This document shows positions 37,235 to 50,841 of a stretch of 64,000 nt of DNA, one piece after another. Within the stretch, counting starts at the first letter, position 1; the number at the start of each line of letters is the position of its first letter. The stretch comes from Azolla caroliniana (lineage: Eukaryota; Plantae; Polypodiophyta), in the NCBI GenBank assembly GCA_043228905.1, contig JBHGNT010000020.1, positions 6,944,001 through 7,008,000 of the forward strand, read 5' to 3'. Below the pieces are notes generated by a model that saw nothing but the letters and a program-made list of their open reading frames with translations, made no database searches and was not told the DNA's origin. Position numbers and translations under genes: made by a program.

Positions 37235-40200
37235 AACGACCTACAAACAGTCATACGCAGGGAATAAACAGGAATCGAGTGCTTCTTGATCTTCCGCACT
37301 GACGACCTCGCTTCCAACATCTGGTATCAGAGCCTGCACAGTAGTCGGTCCTCAATCCGCTGTCGGCTGTCGTCTCTGCATTCGGTTTCCTGCGTCATTC
37401 GAAGAAAGAGAGAAGAAGAAGAAAAACCAGGTTTGCATCTCATTGCGTTAGATCATTCTTGCTTGGAGTAAGCCATCAGGTCGTACTCTGTTCCCTGTGA
37501 TCGTAACCGCTCGAGGTGAAATCCCCTTGTGCAACATTGACACGATCGTGCTCCATTCGGTTTAACGGCATCCGAAGAGGTAATCAAACGCCGCTCGTTG
37601 TAACCACTCGGTGCAGATCGGTCTCAAGACAACAACCCCAAATTCGTGCTTCATCTGGCTGATCGACATTCGAGAGGATCAGTTGGATCAGTCTCTCTCG
37701 TCGCTGCAGTCAACCGAAGCAGAATCGGTCCAGATAATCGGTTTTAATAATCGGTATTCGGCATATATATCCGAAGCGAACCGGGCTCACTCCGACTCGG
37801 CAACATTCGGGAAGACCAGTCGGTTCTGTCCCTCAAGCTACCGAAGTCAATTCGAGCAAGTTCAACAATACATATATCCGAAGCCGAACCGACTCGGGTT
37901 CAAATCCGACTAGAACGATATCGGGTGAGCCAACCGGCTGCACTCCAACAAGGTTCACAGTCAACTCCGAACCGAGCTTCGTCAACCAAAACCGAATTTG
38001 ATGGCATCAACATCCGGCTCGTCAGAAATGAGTCTACGAAAGTTCGATGGATCGAACTTCAACTTCTGGAAAGAGCAAATGCAGGACTATCTCATAGTCA
38101 AGGGACAAATCGATCCCATCGAAAATGAAGAACCTCCAGAAGGATACAAACCAATGGAGTGGCAGAAGCTGGACAGAATCGTCCGCGCCACGATTCGGAT
38201 GCACCTATCGGAATCGGTATACTTTACGGTGCAATCGTGTACGACAGCATTCGAACTGTGGAAAACACTGTCGGACACTTACGAAAAGAAGGTCGCCGCA
38301 ACGAAGATGTTTCTGATCCGGCGCCTCTACAACTTGCGGATGAAAGAATCCGATTCGGTTCAAGCACACCTCAATGAGTACGAAAGCATAAGCTCCCAAA
38401 TCTCGTCACAGGGGACGGCAATCGAGGATGAACTCAGAGCAATGATACTCATGAGCAGCCTTCCCTCATCATGGGAAACTTTCGTCACAACCGTGTGCAA
38501 CGCGTCAACCACGACTGTTAAATACTCCGAAGTCACGAGCGCAATCCTGACCGAAGCAGCTCGGAGAAAGTCTTTCGCCAAAGACTCAACAGACGACGCT
38601 TACGTAGTACAAGGTTCGACAGACCGATCGAACATACGAGGAAGAGATTCCTCACGACCGCCGAACAATCAGCGAAGACGGAGCCAGTCACGGGATAACC
38701 GAATCTGCAACTATTGCAAGAAACCCGGACACATCAAAGCCGACTGCCGCGCACTCAAGAACAAGAACAACAAGAAGAGTGGCCGGCATGAGGAGATCAA
38801 TTACGTCAGCTTCTCAGCTGATGTGCTACCAGACGACCCGAACATACTATCAATCGAAAATCCAGTCGGCTCAGAAGTTCTGCTCACGACTGAAGAATCG
38901 AGCACATGGCTCTTGGATTCGGGCGTGTCATTTCATGTGACTCCTCATCGGTCCCAATTTCGGCAATATACGATCCGTCACTCCGACTCAGTTCGGGTCG
39001 GCAACTCACAACACTGTGACATCATCGGAATCGGCACAGTAGAGCTCAACCTTGCAGGTGGCTCTACACTTGTACTCCACAATGTCCGACATGTACCCGA
39101 GCTCTCAAGGCCATTGATCTCAGTCGGACAACTAGATGAAGACGGCATTCGTGCCGGTTTTTCTTCGGGAGGGTGGACACTCCACAGGGGGAACCTCCTG
39201 CTTGCTAGAGGACCCAAGATACACTCATTGTATCCGTTACATGTTACGCTCAGAGAGGGTAACCTGTTTTTGGTGGATATTCCTGTGTCATCATTATGGC
39301 ACCGAAGACTGGGACACCTCAGCAAGGCCGGCATCACGCACCTATCCAGAGCCGGATACATCCCCAAACTCTCCTTCTCGGACCATCAATTTTGCGAGCA
39401 TTGTCAGTATGGCAAACAAGCAGCCGTATCACACCCGACATCCGCACCAAGAGAAACGAGACCTCTCGATTTAGTCCATTCGGACGTCTGTGGCCCAATG
39501 CCGCATCAGTCTCTAGGCGGTGCCTCTTACTTCGTCACTTTTATTGACGATTCGACTCGAAAGGTGTGGGCTTATCCAATTCGCACCAAAGATCGGGTCT
39601 TCTCGATCTTCACCGATTGGCTCGCTATGGTCGAAAATCAAACCGACCGAAAGCTGAAATGCCTTCGGACCGACAATGGGGGAGAGTTCAAATCAGAAGA
39701 ATTCGTCAAATTCTGCCGACAACGCGGCATCCGACGTGAATTTACGGCACCACACAGTCCGGAGCAAAACGGGATTGCAGAACGAATGAATCGGACAATC
39801 CAAGAACGGATAGTTTCCATGCTCCAACACTCCCGACTGTCGGATGGCTTCTGGGCAGAGGCTCTACTCACGGCAGTACACATAATCAATATGTCGCCAA
39901 GTAGACCTCTAGGACTTCAAATTCCTCAGGAACTATGGATCGGCAGTAAGCCGAATTACGACAAGCTGAGGATCTTCGGATGCGAGGCGTACGCCCTTAT
40001 TCCGAAAGATGATCGCCGAAAACTTGCACCTCGGTCCAGGAAATGCATTTTCCTTGGATATGGATCCGACGGCGAAATGGGATACCGACTCTGGGACCCC
40101 GAACGCAGACAAATCGTTCGAAGTTCGGACGTTGTGTTCAACGAGTCAGCTATGAATCCATCAGTCGAAAAACCGATCGAAGTCCGAAGGGTAACATTTT

Positions 40201-42381
40201 CCGATGTGCCGACCCTTCAAGAAGGCCCCGCTCTCAACACACGGTCAGCTTCACGGGTAGCTGAACCTTACACTACCGACTCGGACAACTCTGACTTGGC
40301 ACAGCCGAATGATTCGGTTTCGAACCAACCGACCTGGATACCCGATGCGACCAGTCCAATCATACCTCGACGATCCGAGAGACTGTCGCAACCTCCGGAG
40401 AGGTATTCTCCTGGAATTTTCTTCACCGACGCCGGCGAACCGACGTCTTACGAAGAAGCATCGACATCTGTCGATTCAGCCACCTGGCATCTGGCGATGG
40501 AGTCGGAAATGCACTCCATTCGGGCAAACAAGACTTGGGATCTGGTCGAATTACCTAGGAACCGACGTGCTCTTCCTTGCAAGTGGGTCTATCGATTAAA
40601 AGAGACGTCTGATTCGACCACCCCAAAGTACAAGGCCAGATTAGTTGCGAAGGGCTTCCGACAAGAATATGGCGTCGACTTCGACGAGATTTTTTCACCA
40701 GTGGTGAAAATGACAACCCTTCGTTTCCTACTCGGCGTAGTGGCAGCCGACAACTTGGAGCTGATTCAGCTAGATGTCAAAACAGCCTTCCTCCATGGTG
40801 ATCTCGAGGAGGAAATTTATATGGAGCAGCCAAAAGGCTTCGTGGCCACCGGCCAAGAACATCTAGTCTGCCGACTCAGGAAGAGTCTATACGGCCTCAA
40901 ACAGGCACCACGACAATGGTACAAGAAGTTCGACGACTTCATCCAATCGATTGGCTTCTCCAAAAGCGATGAGGACCATTGTCTCTTCACCAACACAGCT
41001 CAAGATGGATCACCCATCTTCCTCATCATCTACGTGGACGACATGCTAATTTCTGGACGCCACGCGGGCGAACTTGCCGATCTCGTTCGACAACTGCGGT
41101 TGAAGTTTGCCATGAAGGACCTCGGTCCGGCACGACACATCCTTGGCATGAAGATTAGTCGGCATCGCGATAAACGACATCTTTTTTTGTCTCAGACCGA
41201 CTATATCGGACGTGTCTTGGCACGCTTCAACATGCAATCAGCCAAATCTGCTTCAACCCCGCTCCCTATGAATCTTCGGCTCTCTCAGCGAGACTGCCCG
41301 ACATCCGGTTCGGCGGGGGAAGATATGAAGTCGGTACCGTATGCACCGGCAGTCGGCTCCCTTATGTACCTGATGGTCGCGACACGGCCTGATATATCTC
41401 ATGCCGTAGGAGTCGTTAGCAGATTTATGCACAATCCTGGCCGATCGCATTGGAACGCAGTCAAGCATGTGTTCAGATATCTGGCTGGCACAAAAGATCA
41501 CGGCATTCTTTTCGGTCCGAACCGAACCTCAGGCGTAGTCGGTTACACCGACTCGGATTTCGCCGGCTGTATAGACAGTCGGAAATCAACAACCGGATAC
41601 TGCTTCAAATTCGGCAATGGAGCAATCTCGTGGAAGTCGAAACTTCAGGAGTGCACAGCGACCTCAACGACCGAAGCAGAATATGTAGCTGCGTCCGACG
41701 CAGCAAAAGAAGCTTTGTGGCTCGGTCGGCTGGCGCACACGTTTCGACAAGTCGAACATGACTTGGCTCCAGTTGTCTACAGCGACAGTCAAGGAGCTGT
41801 TGCCTTGTCGAAAAATCCGGTTCACCACAACGCCTCCAAACATATCGACGTTCGATATCACTTCGTTCGGGACTGCGTCATTTCAGGGAAAATCGGTCTA
41901 GAGAAAATATCCACAACCGACAATGTCGCAGATGGAATGACCAAGTGTCTTTCGGCAGACCGTTTTCGGTCTCTTCGGCATCAGATGGGCGTAACGACAA
42001 ACCAGTCCGGTTAGAGCCGGACACAGAGCAGGATGGTTCCCGACAACCGACATCAGTTCCTTAATGATCGGCTTCAACTGTTCCGACCCGACCAGTTCGG
42101 TCTTCTGCCTTCGGACCCTGCCGACTCGAACAAAGCTGATATGTCCGAGAACCTAAGTCTATACCTGTAATCTTAGATAACCCATGTATACGCCCATTAC
42201 GGGGGAGTGTCGAATACATGTGTATAATGGACGTATTCACACTATCCCGTTTTGGCCATTTATGTAATTAGCATAAAGGGTAGTTGCCCTAAGTCGGTCA
42301 CTATATATAGTGACCTTGTAACCTCTTTGTGAGGTTGGTTGTTGTATTCTTGTTTATGCAATAGAAAGACTTTTTTGTGTG

Positions 42382-42412
<31 letters not shown>

Positions 42413-42497
42413 AACGACCTACAAACAGTCATACGCAGGGAATAAACAGGAATCGAGTGCTTCTTGATCTTCCGCACTGACGACCTCGCTTCCAACA
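37032..42497 (+). mobile_element. Ty1/copia element D, intact and very recent
   Basis: LTRs 37032-37319 and 42208-42497 identical apart from a 2-bp microsatellite slip; TSD TGATG; iMet PBS 37322-37334; PPT GGGGGAG. Confidence 0.97.
38001..42014 (+). CDS. D gag-pol polyprotein (gag, PR, INT, RT, RH)
   Basis: Single ORF: CNYCKKPGHIKADC, WLLDSG, LWHRRLGH, LRTDNGGEF, YVDD, YTDSDFAG, KHIDVRYHF. Confidence 0.97.
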   Translation: MASTSGSSEMSLRKFDGSNFNFWKEQMQDYLIVKGQIDPIENEEPPEGYKPMEWQKLDRIVRATIRMHLSESVYFTVQSCTTAFELWKTLSDTYEKKVAATKMFLIRRLYNLRMKESDSVQAHLNEYESISSQISSQGTAIEDELRAMILMSSLPSSWETFVTTVCNASTTTVKYSEVTSAILTEAARRKSFAKDSTDDAYVVQGSTDRSNIRGRDSSRPPNNQRRRSQSRDNRICNYCKKPGHIKADCRALKNKNNKKSGRHEEINYVSFSADVLPDDPNILSIENPVGSEVLLTTEESSTWLLDSGVSFHVTPHRSQFRQYTIRHSDSVRVGNSQHCDIIGIGTVELNLAGGSTLVLHNVRHVPELSRPLISVGQLDEDGIRAGFSSGGWTLHRGNLLLARGPKIHSLYPLHVTLREGNLFLVDIPVSSLWHRRLGHLSKAGITHLSRAGYIPKLSFSDHQFCEHCQYGKQAAVSHPTSAPRETRPLDLVHSDVCGPMPHQSLGGASYFVTFIDDSTRKVWAYPIRTKDRVFSIFTDWLAMVENQTDRKLKCLRTDNGGEFKSEEFVKFCRQRGIRREFTAPHSPEQNGIAERMNRTIQERIVSMLQHSRLSDGFWAEALLTAVHIINMSPSRPLGLQIPQELWIGSKPNYDKLRIFGCEAYALIPKDDRRKLAPRSRKCIFLGYGSDGEMGYRLWDPERRQIVRSSDVVFNESAMNPSVEKPIEVRRVTFSDVPTLQEGPALNTRSASRVAEPYTTDSDNSDLAQPNDSVSNQPTWIPDATSPIIPRRSERLSQPPERYSPGIFFTDAGEPTSYEEASTSVDSATWHLAMESEMHSIRANKTWDLVELPRNRRALPCKWVYRLKETSDSTTPKYKARLVAKGFRQEYGVDFDEIFSPVVKMTTLRFLLGVVAADNLELIQLDVKTAFLHGDLEEEIYMEQPKGFVATGQEHLVCRLRKSLYGLKQAPRQWYKKFDDFIQSIGFSKSDEDHCLFTNTAQDGSPIFLIIYVDDMLISGRHAGELADLVRQLRLKFAMKDLGPARHILGMKISRHRDKRHLFLSQTDYIGRVLARFNMQSAKSASTPLPMNLRLSQRDCPTSGSAGEDMKSVPYAPAVGSLMYLMVATRPDISHAVGVVSRFMHNPGRSHWNAVKHVFRYLAGTKDHGILFGPNRTSGVVGYTDSDFAGCIDSRKSTTGYCFKFGNGAISWKSKLQECTATSTTEAEYVAASDAAKEALWLGRLAHTFRQVEHDLAPVVYSDSQGAVALSKNPVHHNASKHIDVRYHFVRDCVISGKIGLEKISTTDNVADGMTKCLSADRFRSLRHQMGVTTNQSG

Positions 42498-42502
42498 TGA
42501 TG

Positions 42503-45500
42503 ATTCGCTGGAAAGTTGCTGGTGCCGTTTTTAGTCCGAACATCATTACTACGGCCACAAACACCCCCCATTCGGTGACGAACGCTGTCTTCTCCTGGTC
42601 GTCAGGGTGCATCCGGATTTGATTGTATCCGCTGAACCCGTCTAAAAAGCTATAAACTTCATGGCCGGCGACGGCATCCAGTACTCCATCCGTGAACGGA
42701 AGAGGGAATGCATCCGTAATTGTGGCTGCATTTATTTTCCTGTAATCTACACACACGCGGATTTTACCGTTCTTCTTTGGGACGACGACGATGGGGCTCA
42801 GCCACGTCGCTTTCTTTACCGGCCGGATGAAGCCCACTCTTAGGAGTTTGTCGATTTCCTCCTTCACTTTGGCGGCGTAGTTGGGGTTCATTCGGTAACG
42901 TCTTTGCGCCACTGGTTTCGCGTCCTTGCCTAAGTGGATCTGATGCTGATATAATTGAGGGTCCAGCCCTCGCATGTCTTCGTATGACCAGGCGAATATG
43001 TCGCGAAACTCCGTGAGAAGTTTGATCATGGCCGCTTTATCTTCCGGCTTCATTTCTTTGGCGATGTGTACCGGCTTTGATTCGTCCTTGCTTCCTAGGT
43101 TCACTTCGTCGAGCTGGGATGTTTTTACCCGTTGGGAAACGGCCATTTCCCGTTCCAACGCTTCCTGTGCTTGCCGTAATTCCCGAATCGAATCTTTGTC
43201 TGGTTCGGCTTCGGTTTCGTCCCGCTGCGGCAAGTATGGCGCTACGGCTTCAGCCACGTCAATCTCGAAAAGTGGTACGATCTTCGGGTGTTCCTCCAAG
43301 TACTGGGCTTCTTCGTCGTCTGCCAACCCTTCAAGCATGTTCACGCATTCCGCATACAGCGGTGTGCATTCCTTACCGTTGCTCGTCCGTGGTTGTGTCG
43401 GTACCCGGACCTTGGCTTTTCCGCGCCGGAAGGTAATCATATTTTTCCGCCAATTTTGCTTGATGTGTGTTGTTTTCAACCATGGTCTGCCCAGCAACAG
43501 TGGGTACGCGCCTTGCGCCTGTAGCTGCAGCACTACAGCCGAGATGTGAAATGTGTGACCTCCTATGGTGACTTCCAATTTCCGTATTAAGCCCGTCGGC
43601 CGTACAGAGCTCGTATCCGCCATCCGTAGCCAGAACGGACATGGCTCCCATTCATGTATACCCAAGGCATCACACGTGCGGAGGCTTATTACGTTCACCC
43701 CGGAACCTCCATCGATTACTGTGCCGGGAAGTTCGTGCCCTTTGACAATAGCTGTAATCACCGGACTACTAGTGTCCACCACCGTCGGTCCCTCCTCCGG
43801 ATTCGAGAAGAGGACTGGTGCCAGTGGGGCTATACCGTCTGTCATGACCGTTTTTAGTCCTTCCGTAAATCGCGGCACGAGCTGCAAGAGTCTTCCTAAT
43901 GGCAACGTGATCTGACATTCTTGCAGTACTTGCCATGTCTCGTTTTCTGCGTGGCTACCGCCGGCACTCCCTATGGTATTCGCCTTTTGCCGTTCCGCGT
44001 CTGCGATGTTCCTTTCATTGGCTTCCTTCACCCATTCCGTCGCCTGTTTTCGTATGGCCTCTTGTGTTTCCCACTCTTTGGCCATGCCTTTCGACCGTGT
44101 GGTTACTTGCTGTACATCCGCCACTTCCGGAACCACCATATTAACTGCTGGTCGTTTATCGTAGCTCTTTGCCGGGCACTGGTTACTGTAGTGGCCTTCC
44201 TGCCTGCAGTAGTAGCAGTACTCTTTACGGGTATTGCTGGATTCAGCATTGCTGGTAGCCGGAGTCGGTCCCGTAGTGAGTGGTGCGTTCTGTGCCGGTT
44301 GGCTCCTTGGGGTTCCATGTTCCGGGTCCCTAGTGTGACCACCTTTCTTGAAATTACGTTTCTTATTATTCTTATTTTTATTTCGGTAGTCCTGTCGTGG
44401 TGGATCGTAAAATCGGCCGTAGTCCTCCTGGTGCCTTCGGTAACCAGGGGAATGGTCTTTGTCGTATTGCTCGTGTCGTCTGTTGGACTCCCGATAACGG
44501 TCCGATCGCTCATACCGGTCGTAGTTATCATGCCGATCCCCGTACCGGCCATCATTCTCTTGTCTGTCTCCGTACCGGACATCCTGTGCCGGTCGGTACC
44601 GGTTCATTCTTTGCCAACGATCTTCATCTTCGTCTCGGCTGCTTCTTGGCTCGATCCGTCGAACGGGTTGTGCCCTTCGGTTTAGCAGGTTATACTCGCA
44701 CCGGTCCGTTGTATGACTCTTGGATTGACAAATCACACACTAGGTTCGCATGGTGCACTCCACTGCCGAGTGTCCGGCATTCAAGCAGATTGTGCATTGA
44801 ATTGCCTGCCGGAACCGGAGATCTTCATCTGTGGGTAACGCCCGTTGCAGTGCTCCCAGTGTAAGCCATGAGCTTGACTTTTCCATTTCTTTGACCCAGT
44901 CAATGACCTGGTCAATGGTGCTTCCTCGAAAGTCGATCACCGTACACACCGTGCGTAACGGTTCCCGGAGTGCGTTTAAAAATATCGTCCGTAATTCTTC
45001 CTCCGGGGGTGCACGGGCAAGCTGGCTATGCATTCGTTGGAAGCGGATGACGAATTGGGGAATGCTTTCCCCTGCCTCCTGTTGGATCGTATAAAACAGG
45101 CCCACCATCGTCGTCTGGTCGACCTCCTTGTGGAAAAAATGCAAAAATTTTTCTTTTAATTCTGCAAAGGTTGTGATGGTCGCCGGGTCCTACGTCCGCC
45201 GCCATCGTGCCGCTGGTCCTTCCAACGTGACCCCGAATTCCGCTATCTTCGAGCGTTCTTCTTCCTCCGGTGTCAATCGCTGGGACGCGTGATTTGCTTC
45301 CCATGTCTGCTCGAAGGCATGAACATGCGCTTCCGCGTCCGGATCATCGCGATACTTTGAGTATTGGAACGGCATGTCGTCGTCCAGTATTAGGCCGCGG
45401 TTTAGTGGCGTTTGTTGATATCTTTCCGGTTTTCTCTCCGGTTCCACTTCCGGTTCTTTTGCCGGTGCTTTTTCCGGTTCCTCTTCCGGTTCTTTTTCCG

Positions 45501-46020
45501 GTTCCTTCACCGGCTCTTCTTCCGGTACCTTCGCCGGCTCTTTCGTTGGTGTCGGTGGCTTTGCTTCTTCCACTTCCGGTGTTGGTGGGTTGACGGCTTC
45601 CGTTTGCGGTTCCGGATAGCCCAGGTCGAACGGTTCCGGTTCTGGAGTCGGCACGGTATCCGACCCGTCGTCCTCCGGGCCGCCGGGGGTATCGTTGCTG
45701 CTCCGGTAGTTCGTGTGCACGCTGTATCCCCCTTCGGAATCCGATTCGTAGGCTGAAAAGGCTTCTGCCTCGTTTTCTCCGCTTGCCAGCGCCTCGAGGA
45801 GGCGTTCGGTTTCCCGGAGACTACTTAGACCGCTTCCGTCGTCCTGGTCGCGAGTTTGCTGTAACCGAAGAGATTCCTCCGCGACTCTCCGGATCTCGTT
45901 GGAGAACGAACGATCCGAGCGAATTTCGTGCGCTGCTTGCTGGAAAGTCTCACGCTGTCTTTGCCGTTCGGCGAGGCGTCGAGCTCGGTCTGTAACCAGG
46001 TCGTGCGTTGGTCTAGTCAT
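42503..46020 (-). pseudogene. X1 gag-PR-RT N-terminal part
   Basis: One frame with TAG stops at ~45190 and ~44740; three Cys/His knuckles; IDGGSG protease; FLDGFSGYNQI. Confidence 0.92.
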
Positions 46021-47033
46021 CCATTAAGCCGTCGTTCGCTGCGAGAAAGCAGGAATCGTGGTCGCCAAAACTGTGTTATTCTCTGACCGGACAAGGCCTA
46101 ACACAAGGTGTCACGGAGACACTTCACCAAAGGGTGATTACGGCATAGGATTATGACTCAACGATTACACCGACTTAAGTAGGTTACACGATTAGAGCGC
46201 TTTTGTTAATTACACGCGTAAGATATAACAGTAAGTACAGAACGGAAATCAACACAGAAGTATAAACACCATACGCTCTATTAATTATCCGCTGCGATTA
46301 CAATGGGGTCCGGGCCTTTAAATAGGTTTCCGGCCCGTAGTACAAAACGGTGCCTATCGCACCTATTCGGGATCCGTCCGGATCTGGAACGACATACCGT
46401 TTCCAGTCCGTCCGTCCACACTATGCTTATTTACAACCATACTTAATTAATTCCTTCACTCCGTATTTTGGACTCCTTGCCGGCCGGTAATAGCAGACCC
46501 GGTGATAACCGGATGAGGAGTACCCGGCTACGGAGAGCCGGATGGTGCAAACCCGGTGAGGAGCGCTCTCCAGATGAAGAGACATATTTGTAAATATGTT
46601 TCTGAGAGTCCATCGTGGCTATATTTGTAAATAGCCGAAAAGTCATATTAGTATAAATATGACTTAGGGCATACTTTTATGTTGTTGTTGTCATTATTGT
46701 TGGTGCAAGGAGAGAGAGAGAGCACGTAACTGTGTACAGAGCGAGAGAGAGAGAAAGAGGTCGTTGCCTCTGTTGTAACCGCCGCCTGTGGCGAAGATTG
46801 TGAGCATGAGGTCGTTGCCTTCGTGAACTCCCTGTTGTAGATTCTAACATAGTGATAGTTTGCAGCCTGTGGGCTGCCGTGGTTTTTTCCCTTAGTTTGG
46901 GTTTTCCACGTAAACATCCTGCGTACTCGTCTCTTCTTCGTGTCGTTAATTATTTCCCGTTTTCTGTGTATGATTCTAAGCTCGGTTGTGGCTGAGCATT
47001 GCGTATACGGAGCGTGCTGTTCCCGTCACTCTT

Positions 47034-50000
47034 CAGTTATACTTCGCCGGTATAACAGTCCCCGGTCCTTCGTGCCCCTTACATATCGCAATATTCGTTG
47101 CGCGCACTGAAGGTGCTCCACAGTCGGCTTCTGCATGAATTGGCTTATCACTTCGATCGGATAGCTGATGTAGGGTCGGGTGATGGTCAAATATATAAGG
47201 CTTCCAACGATTTGTCGGAACCCTTTCTCATTGCAGGTCGGTCCGGAGTTGGGATGGAGCTTCTGGTTCCGGTCCAAGGGTGTGGAGACAGGTCAACATT
47301 TTGTCATGCCGAACTTGTACAACATATTCAACGTGTAATGCCGTTGTGAGAGCAATATGCCGTCGGGGGTGTGGATCACCAAGATCCCGAGGAAGTAATG
47401 AAGGTCCCCCAGGTCCTTCATCTCAAATGCGTCCGACAACTGGGACTTGACGCGGTCGATTTCAGAAAGGCCCGGTCCGGTGATGACTAAATCATCAACA
47501 TACAACAATATACATACTAGACTGTCTGAGCCTTTCCGGATGATCAATGAAGAGTTAGACTTGGAGGCCAGGAATCCCATCTTACACAACCGGTGTGTGA
47601 TTTTCGCATTCCAAGCTCGGGGGGCTTGCTTCAAGCCGTAAAGTGACTTCTTCAATCGACATACCGCCGACTTGTTCATCTTTGATTGGAAACTAGGGGT
47701 TTGGATCATATAGACCCGTTCTTCAAGATCTCCTTGAAGGAAGGCATTCTTCACATCCATCTGGTGAAGATGCCACCCCCTTGCCGCAACAACCGCGAGC
47801 ACCACACGAACTGTCGTCATCTTCGCGACAGGAGCGAAGGTTTCGTCGTAATCAATTCCGTGGGTCTGCACGTACCCCTTCACCACTAACCGGGCCTTGT
47901 ACCGGTTAACTGAACCGTCGGTGTTGTACTTTACCTTGTACACCCACTTGCATCTGATCGGTTTGCATTGACCGGGAGGGTCAACCAGGTCCCATGTCTC
48001 GTTGGCATTCAGTGCCTGCATTTCTTCCTCCATAGCGGCACGCCAATTTGTGTCCTTTGCCACTTCTGCGTAGCTCTCCGGCTCATGCACTTCCGCCACC
48101 TTAGTCATGTACGCATAGTGATGCGCCATGTACTCATTGTACCCGTACCGCTTGATAGGATCCTTCTGGCGAGTGGACCGGCGTAATTCACCGTTGCCCG
48201 TATTGAGGCCCTTCTTGGCCGGTCCAGACTTCGTTGCCAAAGATCCGCCTGTCTCCTTGCCGGAGTTGGATGCACACCGATCTGACTCATCGTTGCTAGT
48301 TTCGAATTCCGGAATCTTCTTTTTCCCTTTCTCTTTGCGCGTGAACTGTCTCCTCGGTTCCTTGCGTGGGGAGAGCACGACAGAGCCTCCACTACTCGCC
48401 AGTTCCTCATCGAACTGGTCAAATTGACTCAGTCTCTCGTTTGGTCTGCTCAACCGAAACGATTCCGGACTCTCATCTTGAGTCCACGCTTCATCATCCT
48501 CTACTTGGGCCGGTTCTGGCTCATTGACCTCATCCTCCGGCATCGGGACGAGATTGGAAGTCGGAGTCGGTAAGGAATACCATGATGCTGATTCATCGAA
48601 CTCGACATCTCGGCTAACTCGGACCTGCTTTGTCCGGGGGTTATAACACTTATAACCCTTTTGCTCTTGAGCATAGCCGACGAGGATGCATTTTTCCGAT
48701 TTTACATCCAGCTTCCTCCGCTTCTCATCCGGCACATGCACATATGCAATACTATCGAATATCCTAAGGTGTCTGAAGTTCGGCTTGCGCCCGAAATACA
48801 GCTCGTGAGCTGACACCTTGTCACCGATCCAGTTCTGGATGTAGACGGCCGTCCGGACCGCCTCCGCCCAGTAGAATTTGGGCATGCTCTTCTCCTCCAG
48901 CATTGCCCTTGCCGCATCAATAAGCGATCGGTTCTTCCTTTTGGCGACACCGTTCTGTTGCGGTGTGTATCTACAGCTGTACTCGTGCCAAATTCCTTTT
49001 TGCTGCAGATAGCTGTTGAATTGGCCGGAAAAATATTCTTTTCCGCCATTCGACCGCAGACATTTGATCTTCCTCTCCGATTCCCGTTCCACCATCTTAT
49101 GGAGGCTCCGGAAACATTCGAAGACTTCACTCTTCCGCTCAATGAGGTAGATCCATGTGTGCCGTGTATAGTCATCGATGAAGGAGACGAAATATCGACT
49201 CCCGCCAAGACTAACATTTTGTGCCGGTCCCCACACATCCGAATGGATAAGGTCGAGCTTGTTACGGCTCCGGTTTCGTTCGGTGGGGAATGGAAGCCGG
49301 TGTTGCTTCCCGAGTTGGCAGGCTTCACATACTTGGGCTCTCTGGCCGCTAAACTTCGGCAAACCGAAAACAACTTGTTTCGTTTGCAGGTCTTGAAGCC
49401 TCCGGTAATTGACGTGGCCTATCCGCTTGTGCCACAGGTCGATGTCCGACTCGACCTTTTGTCCTTTTGTGAATAGAGCGGTGCCGACGTCATTGGTGTC
49501 GAGGATAAACATCCTCCCGTCTCTGCGCCCTTGCGCAATAACTTCGCCCTCATCCTCAATGAAGCACGCAAGGTGCGTAAACCGCACCTGCATCCCCTGG
49601 TCAACGATCTATCTGACCGACACCAGGTTCTTCGTGATTGTCGGAATGTGTAACACGTTCATCAACTTCCCCTTCTGTCCGACGTGGCTCAAAGGGACTT
49701 CTTCGACATGCACGATTGGGTGAGGAGTGTCGTCTCTGGTTTCGACTACTCCTGGTTGATCCGGTTTCTCCAACAAAGAGAACCACTCCTTGTGGCTCGT
49801 CATGTATGGTTTGATGCGCCGGAATCAACGTACCACACTTCCTCTGATTTGGAAGTGGTCTTCTTCATTGAGTTCGCCTTGTGCTTCATCACCAAGGTTG
49901 GCCCCTTACCGTTCTTGGATCCTCCCGATCCGTTTGCGTAGTGCGAGCTTTGCCGACCATCCTTGCTGGCCTTCCGGATCCGGATTTGTCCGAATCAGCG

Positions 50001-50841
50001 CGCTTTCTCCATCACTCGCTTTCTCTATGGCCCTTCTTGCCACAATACCAGCATTTTGTTGCGGATTTGTTTTGCCGGCCTCCGGTATCGCATTGACTCC
50101 CCCTGCTCCCGGAGGGTCCGGAATTGCTGTCGGCACGATCTCTGTGCCGTCGTTCTTGCTCTTGCCGGCCGCCTCCATTGCGTGCCGACCCGCCTCGTCC
50201 ACCACGCCCACGGGACTGATCCGCCTCCGTGTACAACATCCGACTGTCAGTGGGTGCGCTAGTTGACGCACCGGCGTGGTTCTGCTCTACAAGGAGCATC
50301 GACTGTAAGTCGAAAAATGACGACGTATTCTCCCTTGTACAAACCGCCGTCCGAAAGGCTTTGTACTTAGACACCAGGCCCCCAAGACAGACTTGTACCA
50401 TCTCGTCTTCCTCTACGGTGACGTTAATAGAGGCAAGCGAGTCACAGATCTCTTTGATCCGGGCCGTATAGTCAGCCACCGACAAGTCCCTTTGTCGGAC
50501 ATTGTTCAACTCTTGTCGGAGTTGCAACTTTTGAGCTGTAGTGCTTGCGGCGAAAACCTTCTTCAGGTTTCCCCTAGCCTCCTTTGACGTCTTGGCGTCT
50601 CGGATTTGGCTCGCAGCTGATCCCCGACAATGGATGCAAAGCAGTACATCACTCTACTTGCCGATTGTTCCCACGTTGGGAAGTCCTAATGTGTCGTATT
50701 AGGTGTTGTTTCGTTTGTTCCTTCCACGAAACTCCAATATCCATGCCCTAGTAGGTACTGATGCATTTTGTATGACCAGGACACATAGTTGCTCCGGTCG
50801 AGTTTCTCTGTGGGAAGTGAACTGGCCATACCTCTGTCCAT
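47034..50841 (-). pseudogene. C gag-PR-INT-RT with stops and frameshifts
   Basis: KLDRSNYVSWSYKM, CWYCGKKGH, WYVDSG, LWHKRIGH, YVDD. Confidence 0.92.

Larger units (their letters stand above)
31115..46492 (-). mobile_element. Athila-like non-chromovirus gypsy X1, full length, with extra 3' ORF
   Basis: 419-bp LTRs 46074-46492 and 31115-31533 (2 differences); TSD GCAGA; PBS TGGCGACCAC 46067-46058; gag-PR-RT-RH-INT; no chromodomain; no PPT. Confidence 0.95.
31023..47028 (+). mobile_element. A-family solo LTR (~623 bp: 31023-31114 plus 46498-47028) at the C RT/RH junction, interrupted by X1
   Basis: TSD CTCTT; TG..CA termini; shares TGTTGGGA.A.AGGTCCC, CTATATTTGTAAATAG, GGGTTTTCCACGTAAA and TCGGTTGTGGCT with LTR 11373-11959. 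Confidence 0.88.

Noticed and set aside
42301-42502. C-terminal MLEARSSVRK... tail on the 811-aa X1 ORF
   Set aside because: Read-through into the antisense D LTR, not a real domain.
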